A program made the position numbers and the translations under genes. This document shows, piece by piece, positions 28,187 to 36,849 of a stretch of 64,000 bases of DNA. The DNA comes from Candidatus Aquidulcis sp. (lineage in GTDB: Bacteria; Chloroflexota; Anaerolineae; UBA4142). Each line of letters starts with the position of its first letter. Position 1 is the first letter of the stretch. The DNA is taken from positions 137,544 to 201,543 of the forward strand of contig DYJA01000002.1 in NCBI GenBank assembly GCA_020723345.1, in the 5' to 3' direction. Below the pieces are notes generated by a model, which was given only the letters and a program-made list of their open reading frames with translations, was not told the origin of the DNA and searched no databases.

Positions 28187-29527
28187 ATGAACAGGATCGT
28201 TCTGTTGTTGGTTCTGATGTTAGGGATCGTGCTGATCGGTTGTGCTCCGACACCGACGCCAACGCCGGTCCCAACACCAGTTCCGCCTACCAAGCCGCCA
28301 GCGCCGCCAGCCATTCCGCCGCCGACCGCGCCGACCGCGGTTCCCCCCACGACCGCGCCCACGGCGGCTCCCGCCACCAAGCCGGTTGCGGCGCCCGCCG
28401 CGAACGCGCAATGCCTCGCGTGTCATGGCAGCCATAAGGACATGGTCATGGCGGTGGACAAAGAGAGTGTCCCACTTTACGTGGACGCTGCCGCGTTTGC
28501 GAAAGGCAAGCACGCCAACGTCGAATGTACGGCGTGCCACACGAATCTCAACCCAACTCCGCCGCACAACGCCAAGCGCACGTATGGCAGTTGGGCGCGC
28601 TTTAGCGTCAAGACCACCGATCCGACAAAGTCGCGGAACTTTTACACCGTGGACGGCAACGCGTGCGTCAAGTGTCACAGCGACCCCAAGTACGTCGCGT
28701 TCTTCAAGAGCGAGCATGCCACGATCAAGGACTTGAAGACGACTGCCGATGGCAAGCCGCGCGTCGAGATCAAAAAGACCGGCACCGATGGCAAGGAGTA
28801 CGTGCTCGACGAGAATTTTGCCGTAGACGATTGCCAACGCTGCCACATCGCCACCAATTGCGCGACTTGCCATTGGAAGACGGCGATCAAACAAAAGCAG
28901 ACCGGCAGCCCGCTCGATCTGTGGACCAAGTACGACGCCGCGAGCGATACCGCGAAAGGCGCGATGACCGAGTACGCGATGGACTGGACGGTGAACATCG
29001 CGTCCCATGAATTCCTGAACGCCAAAGCACTCACGTCGTCGAACGAAGTCTGCCAGGCGTGTCACATCGGTTATAACCAAGGTGACAAGTCGGTGCCCGC
29101 GCTCGGACTCACTGGCATCGGGGTTCGCCGCCATCCGCAAGTCGAAGAATTGCAACTCTCCGCGAAACGCGGCGTCCATGAGACCCAGCAGTTCTGCACC
29201 AACTGCCACAAAGACATTCACGAGATGGTCTTTAAGAATACCGAGCATGGCGCGCGCGAAGGCGGCAAGACGCAGTGCACGAACTGTCACGCCGACAAGG
29301 CGATGAAAGGTCCCGCGCACAAGACCGTCACCTGCATCGGCTGCCACGACGCGGAACTGACCGTGCATCTGGATGCAGGCAAAGTCTATCCGATGGCGCT
29401 CAAGCACAATCTGACCGAATCGTGGCCCTCGCACAACTTGGTGAAAGATGTCAAGTGCGAAAAGTGTCACGTCGCCGGCAACCCGGTCAAGGCATCGGAA
29501 AAAGTGACTCCTGCCAAGATTCACTAA
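28187..29527 (+). CDS. Decaheme c-type cytochrome lipoprotein
   Basis: Lipobox LIGC, a Pro/Thr-rich linker of about 55 aa, then ten CxxCH motifs (CLACH, CTACH, CVKCH, CQRCH, CATCH, CQACH, CTNCH, CTNCH, CIGCH, CEKCH). Confidence 0.9.
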   Translation: MNRIVLLLVLMLGIVLIGCAPTPTPTPVPTPVPPTKPPAPPAIPPPTAPTAVPPTTAPTAAPATKPVAAPAANAQCLACHGSHKDMVMAVDKESVPLYVDAAAFAKGKHANVECTACHTNLNPTPPHNAKRTYGSWARFSVKTTDPTKSRNFYTVDGNACVKCHSDPKYVAFFKSEHATIKDLKTTADGKPRVEIKKTGTDGKEYVLDENFAVDDCQRCHIATNCATCHWKTAIKQKQTGSPLDLWTKYDAASDTAKGAMTEYAMDWTVNIASHEFLNAKALTSSNEVCQACHIGYNQGDKSVPALGLTGIGVRRHPQVEELQLSAKRGVHETQQFCTNCHKDIHEMVFKNTEHGAREGGKTQCTNCHADKAMKGPAHKTVTCIGCHDAELTVHLDAGKVYPMALKHNLTESWPSHNLVKDVKCEKCHVAGNPVKASEKVTPAKIH

Positions 29528-29616
29528 AACCGTCGCCTTTTCCCGCCTTTGGCGCAAGATAGACGAGGGTCTTTCGTCAAAGGTACCTCATTGAGTGGAG
29601 CGGCAGCCCGGACAGG

Positions 29617-30282
29617 TTGCCGCTCCTGTTTCAAAAAGTGCCTCTCATGCCAACTTTCGCTTGGATCATTCTTGCTCTGATCGTCGTCTGGCTTGCCGCC
29701 GGAATTGTGTGGCGCTACGCCGCGCGTCGCCGCTCGATTCCCTGTCCACCCGGGCTCGATTTCTTTTTGGAGAATCGAATCGCGGGCGCGGAGGCGTTGA
29801 GGCAGATCGAGCGCGCGCGGCTCGCCGGAGGCATGTCCGTACTCGACGTGGGCTGCGGCACGGGACGCATTACGATTCCCGCCGCGCAGCGCGTCGGCGC
29901 AACGGGGTGTGTTGTCGCGCTGGACATTCAACCCGAAATGTTGAGCAAGGTCGCCCGCCGCGCGGCGCAAAACAACCTGACGAATGTGCAAACCGTGCGC
30001 GCCGCCATGGGGCTGAGCGAGTTTCAAGAGCGCGATCGCTTTGACCGCGCGTTCTTGACGACCGTGCTGGGCGAAATCCCGAATCGGGAAAGCGCCTTGA
30101 ACGAAATTTACGCCGCGCTCAAGCCAGGCGGAATTCTCTCCGTTACCGAGATCATGGTCGATCCGCACTATCAAAGCCGCGACACCGTTCGACGCCTTGC
30201 CACGCGGGTGGGCTTGCGCGTGGAGCAAACCTGGGGGAACGCGTTCAACTTTACGATGCATCTCGCGAAACCGGATGCTTAG
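29617..30282 (+). CDS. Class I SAM-dependent methyltransferase with N-terminal TM helix
   Basis: VLDVGCGTGRITIPAA, VVALDIQPEML, LKPGGIL. Start may be MPTFAW (29647). Confidence 0.85.
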   Translation: MPLLFQKVPLMPTFAWIILALIVVWLAAGIVWRYAARRRSIPCPPGLDFFLENRIAGAEALRQIERARLAGGMSVLDVGCGTGRITIPAAQRVGATGCVVALDIQPEMLSKVARRAAQNNLTNVQTVRAAMGLSEFQERDRFDRAFLTTVLGEIPNRESALNEIYAALKPGGILSVTEIMVDPHYQSRDTVRRLATRVGLRVEQTWGNAFNFTMHLAKPDA

Positions 30283-30343
30283 ACCCTTCGGGTTTCAGAA
30301 AACCCGAATTTTGACATTCTGCCCATATTGTAATATAAAATCC

Positions 30344-30682
30344 GTGCCGCGACACGGAGACAAAAAGGTGTTAAAGGAATTCTTCCTGGGATTTGTCAAA
30401 CTTCACATCGTGTACCACGCCTCGCACGCGCCCGTGTTCGGTTTGGAGTTGATGCAGGAACTCGCGCGGCACGGCTATCAACTTTCGCCGGGCACACTTT
30501 ATCCAACGCTAAGCAAGTTGGAACGCGACGGCTATTTGCGGTGCGAGAAAAAATTGATCAACGGCAAAATCCGCAAGTACTACACCGCGACTCCCCAAGG
30601 CAAAAAGGCGCTTAAAGAGGCGCGCGCCAAGATCGCCGAATTGGTGACTGAGGTGATCGAGGATGCGCCGCCAGACCTGTGA
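30344..30682 (+). CDS. PadR-family transcriptional regulator
   Basis: GLELMQELARHGYQLSPGTLYPTLSKLERDGYL...KYYTATPQGKKAL. GTG start chosen; the ORF-track start 30197 overlaps the previous gene. Confidence 0.85.
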   Translation: MPRHGDKKVLKEFFLGFVKLHIVYHASHAPVFGLELMQELARHGYQLSPGTLYPTLSKLERDGYLRCEKKLINGKIRKYYTATPQGKKALKEARAKIAELVTEVIEDAPPDL

Positions 30683-30718
30683 GTGCCTGCCCTGAGCTTG
30701 CGAAGGGTCTCCGAGACC

Positions 30719-32107
30719 TCACAGGTCTGCGTGCTTCGCCGCCATCTCGTCCAGCCACACCTTGTCCTCGACGCGCAAGAGGTACGGATTGAACATTTGC
30801 GCGAAGCAGAACGCGCCGAGCAGCGCGCCCAAGACTGCGATGACCGCGCCGGGATCGAACGCGCCGCCCAGCCACCCCGCGAGCGTGACGCCCAGCGGCA
30901 TCGTGAACTGCGCGATCAAACGCCGCACCGCGAACACGCGCCCTTGCAACTCGCGCGGGGTTTGCGTTTGCCAGATCGTTTGCGAATGCGCGTTCGCGAT
31001 CGGCAGCATCGCGTGAATGGCGAACGCCATCGCCGCGGTCAGGAAGAGCAGCGGCGATAATCCCAGCGCGAACATTGCGCCGCCCTCGACGAGCAACGCC
31101 ACGACGACGCCGTAGACGCGTCGTCTTTTCAATCCGCCCCACGCGCTGATGAATATTCCCCCGATTACTCCGCCGACACTTGCGATCGACGCGAGCAGCG
31201 CGAGCGCGGCTTCAAAACTATAGCCGCGCGCCGCCCAGTCGGCGGCGAGATTGAATTTGACGATGAGCGGTTGGAAAATGTCGAGCGGCCAGAGGAGAAA
31301 ATTCGCGACGGCGAAGGTGCCTAGCAGCCACAGCAGTGGGCGGCGATGCCAGATGTACAGCGCGCCTTCCTTGACGTCCGCCCAGATGCTTTTTTTCGAT
31401 CCATCCACCGCGCGCAAATCCGTGCGCGTGGGCGACGGGATGAACAAGAAGAACAGCGCGGCAGCCGCGAAGAAAAACGTGAGCGCGTCCAGCGCGATCG
31501 CCAGCGGCGCGCCATCGCGCAACTCTCCGAGCGCCGCGCCGAGAGCGCCCGCGATCAGACCCTGCCGCGCGAGCGCGGGCAGCGCGATGATCGCCGCAGC
31601 AAGCGCGGGCGAAAGGATCCCGGAGAGCGACCACAGCGTTTGCATCATCCCATTCGCGCGCGGGAGTTGTCGCTCCGGCACGAGCATCGCGTACGATGTA
31701 TCGAACGCGGAATGATGGAATGCGGCGAGAAATGAATGGACGATCGTGACGCCGATCAGCATCCACAACGTCAGCGCGCCGGTGAACATCAAGATTGCGC
31801 TGAGCGCGCTGAGCGCTCCATTGGCGAGATCCATCGCGATCATCGTGCGCTTGCGATCGTGGCGGTCCGCCCACGCCCCGGCAATCGGCGCGCCAAAGAT
31901 CGCGGGTACGCCGAACGCGAGACTGACCGCGGAGAGCGCGAACGCGAGATCGGGCTTGTCCTCCGGACGCGGATACAAGGTCTGCGTGAGCCAAATCGTC
32001 GTCGCAAAAAACGTGAGCGCGCTGCCGAACACTGAAACTGACTGCGTCGCCCATACGATCAAGAACGTGCGAAAACCATGCGTGGGTGGTTGAAAAGTCG
32101 CGGTCAT
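30719..32107 (-). CDS. MFS transporter (EntS/MFS_3-like)
   Basis: 12 TM helices, GAWADRHDRKRTM loop motif. Start set at MTATFQ (ATG 32107, GGAGGAGG upstream). Confidence 0.9.
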   Translation of the reverse strand: MTATFQPPTHGFRTFLIVWATQSVSVFGSALTFFATTIWLTQTLYPRPEDKPDLAFALSAVSLAFGVPAIFGAPIAGAWADRHDRKRTMIAMDLANGALSALSAILMFTGALTLWMLIGVTIVHSFLAAFHHSAFDTSYAMLVPERQLPRANGMMQTLWSLSGILSPALAAAIIALPALARQGLIAGALGAALGELRDGAPLAIALDALTFFFAAAALFFLFIPSPTRTDLRAVDGSKKSIWADVKEGALYIWHRRPLLWLLGTFAVANFLLWPLDIFQPLIVKFNLAADWAARGYSFEAALALLASIASVGGVIGGIFISAWGGLKRRRVYGVVVALLVEGGAMFALGLSPLLFLTAAMAFAIHAMLPIANAHSQTIWQTQTPRELQGRVFAVRRLIAQFTMPLGVTLAGWLGGAFDPGAVIAVLGALLGAFCFAQMFNPYLLRVEDKVWLDEMAAKHADL

Positions 32108-32124
32108 TCCTCCTCCAGGATAGC

Positions 32125-32151
32125 GTAGGGCAAATTGAAAATTTGCCCTAC
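32125..32151. repeat. REP-like hairpin GTAGGGCAAATT-GAAA-ATTTGCCCTAC
   Basis: Stem with one mispaired position. Same terminus family as 12358 and 46214. Confidence 0.8.
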
Positions 32152-32203
32152 CTCGCTCATTATACACCGGCATCGCGGGCTGACAAGATGACCATTTCGT
32201 CAA

Positions 32204-32232
32204 TTGACATTGCGCATGAGATACACTATAAT
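32204..32232 (+). promoter_or_regulatory. Consensus sigma-70 promoter for the glycine-riboswitch transcript
   Basis: TTGACA, 17-nt spacer, TATAAT. Confidence 0.6.
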
Positions 32233-32261
32233 GACAATAGAAGGAAATTGAATAACAAAAA

Positions 32262-32468
32262 CCGCGGGGGAGAATTCCAAGTTGGCTCAAAAAAAACTTG
32301 GATACCGAAGGGGCAAGCCAGATAGTTGCCAAACCGTTTGGCGAATCTCTCAGGTCACGGGACCCCGCAGAAATTTTCTCTGGAAAGTTGGACCCGCTGT
32401 AGCGTCCAACGCCGATGGGGCAAGCCGCGCGGATTTACGGCGAATCTCTCAGGCGATCCAACAGAGAA
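32262..32468 (+). promoter_or_regulatory. Tandem glycine riboswitch (two aptamers)
   Basis: Aptamer 1: GGGGGAGAA...ACCGAAGGGGCAA...AATCTCTCAGGtcacGGGACcccgc. Aptamer 2: CTCTGGAaAG...GCCGAtGGGGCAA...AATCTCTCAGGCgatccaACAGAG. Both match the class consensus cores and sit upstream of the glycine-cleavage genes. Confidence 0.9.
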
Positions 32469-32505
32469 TGCGCGACACGCGTTGCGCGTTCTCTGTTTAT
32501 TTTTT
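32460..32505 (+). terminator. Riboswitch expression-platform terminator
   Basis: aacagagaatgcgcg...cgcgttctctgtt followed by tatttttt. The 5' arm is shared with the P1 3' strand of aptamer 2, as expected for a glycine-ON switch. Confidence 0.75.
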
Positions 32506-32597
32506 GCGCGCACTCGGTTGAGTCGAAACGATTTTTGAGTTATACTGTGACCGGTGCGATTTTGCTGCATCAGTCAGATCAATTATGATGGGAGGCG

Positions 32598-32972
32598 GTG
32601 ATGCCGACGATGATTCCGACTTTTCTACTCAAGAAATTGTACGTCCAAGGCAGTTTCAAAAACACCGAACGCGGATTTCAACTCGCGCTGCGTAACACGC
32701 TTGCGCCCGGCACGCTCATCGGCGTCGGCGCGATTCAACTGGATGGACGCGATATTCCGCGCGACCAAATCGTGATCCAGGTTGACGAGGGCGCGCCGGT
32801 GCGCGCGAGCGATATTTCGTTCGACGCGCCGCGCCTGTTTCCGCTCAACGCGACGGTGACGTTTCGCGTCGACGATCAGCCGCTCGCGCCCGGCGCGCAT
32901 CGCGTCAACATTTCCGTGAACACGAAAGAAGCGGGTGAATTGAAAATCGACGCGGAGGATTCAATCGAATGA
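32598..32972 (+). CDS. Hypothetical 124-aa protein, first gene of the glycine-regulated operon
   Basis: GGGAGG RBS, GTG 32598 / ATG 32601. 4-nt overlap with the next gene. No family recognised. Confidence 0.6.
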   Translation: MMPTMIPTFLLKKLYVQGSFKNTERGFQLALRNTLAPGTLIGVGAIQLDGRDIPRDQIVIQVDEGAPVRASDISFDAPRLFPLNATVTFRVDDQPLAPGAHRVNISVNTKEAGELKIDAEDSIE

Positions 32973-35900
32973 ACGACGATTTTCTTTTTCGCGGCGATGT
33001 CGCGGAACTCGATCCATATCTCGCGCGCTTGATCGATTGCGAAGCAGAACGCCAAGCGCGCAAATTGATCATGATTCCGTCGGAAAGCAGCGCGCCGCTG
33101 GCGGTGCGCCAGGCGCTCGGCTCGGTCTTTCAAAATATCTACGCCGAAGGTTATCCGCCGACGCGCGCGACTTGCGAGTGCGAAGAATTACTTTCGGACG
33201 ACGCGCACCAATTGGCGTACTATCGCCGCTACTCGGATCGCCGATTTTACAAAGGCGTCGACTACGCGGATATTGTCGAATCGCTCGCGGGGCGTCGCGT
33301 CGCCGAATGTTTCGCGACGGACGTGGCCCCGGCGGACGCGATTCACGCGAACGTGCAGCCGCTCTCCGGTTCTCCGGCGAACTTGGGCATCTACGACGCG
33401 TTCATGCGCGAAGGCGATACGCTAATGGGGCTCGATCTGTTCCAGGGTGGTCATCTCACGCACGGCAGCGAGTTCAACATCTCCGGCAAACGCTATCGCG
33501 TCGTCTCGTACGGCGTTGATCCCGCGACCGAACGGCTGAACTATGATCAGATCAACGACCTCGCGTTGAAACACAAGCCGCGCGTCATCGTCGCCGGGTA
33601 CACCTCGTACTCGTGGGCACCGGACTGGAAAAAATTTCGCGCGACTGCCGATGCGGTCGGCGCGCTGCTCGTCGCCGACATCGCGCACACGGCTGGGCTG
33701 GCGATTGCCGGAATGTATCCCAACCCGGTCGGCATCGCCGACATCACCGTTTTCACGACGCACAAGACGCTCGACGGTCCGCGCGGCGCGGTCATTCTCA
33801 CAACCGACGCGGACAAAGCCGCCAAGATCGACGCGGCGATTTTTCCCGGCGCGCAAGGCGGTCCGCACGTCAACACCTTCGCGGCGATGGCAGTCGCGTT
33901 CAAACTCGCGCGGACGGAACAGTTCAAGCAATTGCAAATCCGCACGGTCGAAAACGCGCGCGCGCTGTCGGACGCGTTTCAGGCGCGCGGCTTGCGCGTC
34001 GCGTACGGCGGCACTGATACGCACATTGTCGTCTTGAATGTCAGCGCAATCGAGACCGGTAAAGCGCGCACCGGTTTTCCGCTGCGCGGCGAAGTCGCCG
34101 CGCGCATTCTCGACTTGGCGGGTATCGTCGTCAACAAAAATACAATCCCCGGCGATACCAAGACCGCGCTCGCGTCCGGCATTCGTTTCGGTACGCCGTG
34201 GATCAGTCAGCGCGGTTTGCGCCCGGCGGACATGGCGACGATTGCCGACATCGTTCACGACACCTTGGCGAATATTCATCCCTTCGCGTATTTTGGCTTG
34301 GCGGGCGAACTGCCGCGCGGCAAAATCGATCTCGACGTTCTGACTGCCGCGCAAACGCGCGTTGCCGCGCTCGCCGACAAAGCCGGCATTGATTTTGATC
34401 TGCCGCGCCAAGGCGCGCCCGCGCGCAGCGATTCGGTAGTGCTAGAGATCAAGGGATTTCGCGCGCGCGCGTTTCTGCAAGAGATCGCGACGAACAATCT
34501 TGCGACGCTGGCGCAAGGCAAAGCCGTTCGCACATTCTTGCTCGACGGCGCGGGCAAGTTAATTGCCGATGTTGCAATCACGCGGCGCGAATCCGATGAG
34601 CATGGGCGCGATTGTTTCTGGATGAGCGTCAACCGCGACGATGCCGCGCGCATTGTATCTTGGTTGCACGGTTTATCCGACGGCTATATTCTTTTCGACG
34701 ATGCCGATGTGTTCCGCAAAGTTCAAGGTCCCGTGACGATTTCCGAAGTTTGTGACGCGGATTTGTCGCGTTTCAAACCGACGGGAGCGGCAGTCGCGCA
34801 GTCCGGCGCGGCGGGCGCGACCTTGTTGCAGAAATATCCCGACCATTTCGATCTGACAAAGTCGTACTTTGTGGGTGAGTCTTCCGTCATTTCGAGCGGA
34901 GCGAGAAATGACGGAATGACAAGGTCATCGAACAAGGTCGAATGGAAATGGCGCGAGCCGACGGACGCGCCGCTAAAGCGGACCGTTTTGTACGAGACGC
35001 ACAAAGCGATGGGCGCGAAAATCGTTCCGTTCGCTGGCTGGGAAATGCCGGTGTGGTACACGAGCGTGAGCGACGAGCACGCGGCGGTGCGGCACGCGGC
35101 GGGCTTGTTCGACGTGAGCCACATGGGTTGTCTGCAAGTCGCCGGTGAAAACGCGATTGCTTTTCTCGATGCGGTGATTTCCAACTACGCGCACTGGCTC
35201 GACGATGGGCAATCGTGCTACGGCTATCTGCTCGATCCGGACGGCAAGGTGATTGACGATTTCATGATCTATCGCCGCCGCGCCGACAAGTTCCTCGTCG
35301 TCGTGAACGCGTCGAACGCGGATAAAGATTGGGACTGGCTCACCGCGGTCAACGCGCAGCGCGTCGTGATTGATCGCAAGCGACCGTGGTTGCAAGTTGC
35401 TGCGCCCGCGCTGCTTCGCAATCTCAAAGACGCGTCGGCAGGCGCGGATCAGTTGCGCGATATCGCGCTGCAAGGTCCCGCGTCCATCGCGATTTTGCAG
35501 GCGTGCGCGAACGACGCCGCGACGAAAGACCAAATCGCGCGCGTGCGCCGCACCGATCTAATCGAAATCAAATTGATGGACATTCCAGTCGTCGTCGCGC
35601 GTACCGGCTACACGGGCGAAGATGTCGGCTTTGAGATTTTCGTGCATCCCGATCGGCAGATCGCGCTCTGGAAGATGCTGCTGGAAAAAGGCAAACCGTT
35701 CGGGATCAAGCCGTGCGGCTTGGGCGCGCGCGACAGCACACGCACCGAAGCCGGGCTGCCGCTGTACGGGCACGAACTCGCCGGACATTTCGACATCAAT
35801 CCGATTGAGGCGGGGTTTCAAGGGTACGTCAAATATCACAAGCCGTTTTTCATCGGACGCGACGCGCTGATGGCGCGTGATCAAAATCGGACGCGCGCGC

Positions 35901-36229
35901 TGATTCGTTTTCGGATGAATCAAAAAGGCGTGCGCCGTCCCAACACCGGCAACCCGGTCGTGAACAAACAAGGCCAGGTGATCGGCTACGTCACCAGTTG
36001 CTCGCTCGATAGCGAGGGCTATTTACTCGGGCTGGCGATTGTCGAGATGGCGTACACGACGGAAGGCACGCCCATCGCGATCTTTGTGGTACCGGAAAGA
36101 CCCGTCGCAGAAAAACCGAAACCCGAATTGGCGGTAGGTGATAAAACCTTGTTGCCGGTTGATGCGACGGTGATACGACGATTCCCGTTGAAAAAGCCGG
36201 TGGCAATGCCGGTGGAGACACACGATTAG
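32969..36229 (+). CDS. Fusion: divergent serine hydroxymethyltransferase-like domain, partial GcvT-like domain, and full aminomethyltransferase (GcvT) domain
   Basis: N-terminal part: LIMIPSESSAP, NVQPLSGSPANL, HLTHGS, VFTTHKTLDGPRGAV (PLP Lys). C-terminal part: KRTVLYETHKAMGAKIVPFAGWEMPVWY, AAGLFDVSHMGCLQVAGENA, VARTGYTGEDGFEIF-like VARTGYTGEDVGFEIF. Confidence 0.85.
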   Translation: MNDDFLFRGDVAELDPYLARLIDCEAERQARKLIMIPSESSAPLAVRQALGSVFQNIYAEGYPPTRATCECEELLSDDAHQLAYYRRYSDRRFYKGVDYADIVESLAGRRVAECFATDVAPADAIHANVQPLSGSPANLGIYDAFMREGDTLMGLDLFQGGHLTHGSEFNISGKRYRVVSYGVDPATERLNYDQINDLALKHKPRVIVAGYTSYSWAPDWKKFRATADAVGALLVADIAHTAGLAIAGMYPNPVGIADITVFTTHKTLDGPRGAVILTTDADKAAKIDAAIFPGAQGGPHVNTFAAMAVAFKLARTEQFKQLQIRTVENARALSDAFQARGLRVAYGGTDTHIVVLNVSAIETGKARTGFPLRGEVAARILDLAGIVVNKNTIPGDTKTALASGIRFGTPWISQRGLRPADMATIADIVHDTLANIHPFAYFGLAGELPRGKIDLDVLTAAQTRVAALADKAGIDFDLPRQGAPARSDSVVLEIKGFRARAFLQEIATNNLATLAQGKAVRTFLLDGAGKLIADVAITRRESDEHGRDCFWMSVNRDDAARIVSWLHGLSDGYILFDDADVFRKVQGPVTISEVCDADLSRFKPTGAAVAQSGAAGATLLQKYPDHFDLTKSYFVGESSVISSGARNDGMTRSSNKVEWKWREPTDAPLKRTVLYETHKAMGAKIVPFAGWEMPVWYTSVSDEHAAVRHAAGLFDVSHMGCLQVAGENAIAFLDAVISNYAHWLDDGQSCYGYLLDPDGKVIDDFMIYRRRADKFLVVVNASNADKDWDWLTAVNAQRVVIDRKRPWLQVAAPALLRNLKDASAGADQLRDIALQGPASIAILQACANDAATKDQIARVRRTDLIEIKLMDIPVVVARTGYTGEDVGFEIFVHPDRQIALWKMLLEKGKPFGIKPCGLGARDSTRTEAGLPLYGHELAGHFDINPIEAGFQGYVKYHKPFFIGRDALMARDQNRTRALIRFRMNQKGVRRPNTGNPVVNKQGQVIGYVTSCSLDSEGYLLGLAIVEMAYTTEGTPIAIFVVPERPVAEKPKPELAVGDKTLLPVDATVIRRFPLKKPVAMPVETHD
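34883..34915. repeat. Short palindromic element in frame inside the SHMT-GcvT gene
   Basis: tccgtcatttc-gagcggagcga-gaaatgacgga (perfect 11-bp stem), encoding SVISSGARNDG. Confidence 0.7.
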
Positions 36230-36289
36230 AAATTGGGCGCCAACGCATGTCGCCGAGAAGGCGTGAGCACGCGCAGAGGGGAGGCGCGT

Positions 36290-36499
36290 ATGACTTGGCA
36301 ACAACAGCAACAACAACGTTTACTTGACGAGGTGAAGGATTTGCCGGAGGAGGTGTTCCCAAACCTCCTGCAAATCGTCCACCTATTCAAAGCAAGCATT
36401 CTTCAAACCCAACAAGACATGATCCAGTTGCGCGATGAATTGGCGGACTGGGATCGCTTGAGCGACCAAGCATTGCTCGACTTTGAGAGGGGGCTTTGA
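36290..36499 (+). CDS. Putative antitoxin (69 aa) of the MazF pair
   Basis: GGGAGG RBS, MTWQQQQQQRLLDEV... 4-nt overlap (ATGA-type) with the toxin gene. Confidence 0.55.
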   Translation: MTWQQQQQQRLLDEVKDLPEEVFPNLLQIVHLFKASILQTQQDMIQLRDELADWDRLSDQALLDFERGL

Positions 36500-36828
36500 T
36501 GGATGCTGGCGAAGTTTATGCCGTTGAGATTCCGCCGAGCGATGGACATGAGCAAGCCGGTACGCGTCCGGCGATCATTGTTCAGGATTCGCAATTTGAA
36601 GCGCGGCTTCCTACGGTGTTGCTTGTGCCATTGACCTCGCGGTTGAAAGCGCGGACATTTCCCGGCGTATATGTCATTCACCCTGACGATGCGAATGGGC
36701 TTTCAAGCGAATCGGTTGCGCTCGTTTTTCGATTGCGCGCGATTGACAAACGCCGCCTCAAAAACAAAATCGGCATATTGAGTGATGCCGATCTTGCGCA
36801 AGTGCGGCGACAGATCGAAATACTTTAG
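36496..36828 (+). CDS. PemK/MazF-family endoribonuclease toxin
   Basis: GEVYAVEIPPSDGHEQAGTRPAIIVQ, VLLVPLTS, SVALVFRLRAIDKRRL. Confidence 0.85.
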   Translation: MMDAGEVYAVEIPPSDGHEQAGTRPAIIVQDSQFEARLPTVLLVPLTSRLKARTFPGVYVIHPDDANGLSSESVALVFRLRAIDKRRLKNKIGILSDADLAQVRRQIEIL

Positions 36829-36849
36829 CGTTTCGCAAAGGAGAACAAA

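Noticed and set aside
28240-28390. Similarity between this region and 59900-60060 (and 47640-47780) as a possible dispersed DNA repeat.
   Set aside because: All three encode Pro/Thr/Ala-rich lipoprotein linkers (PTPTPVP...). The resemblance is low-complexity codon content, not a mobile repeat.
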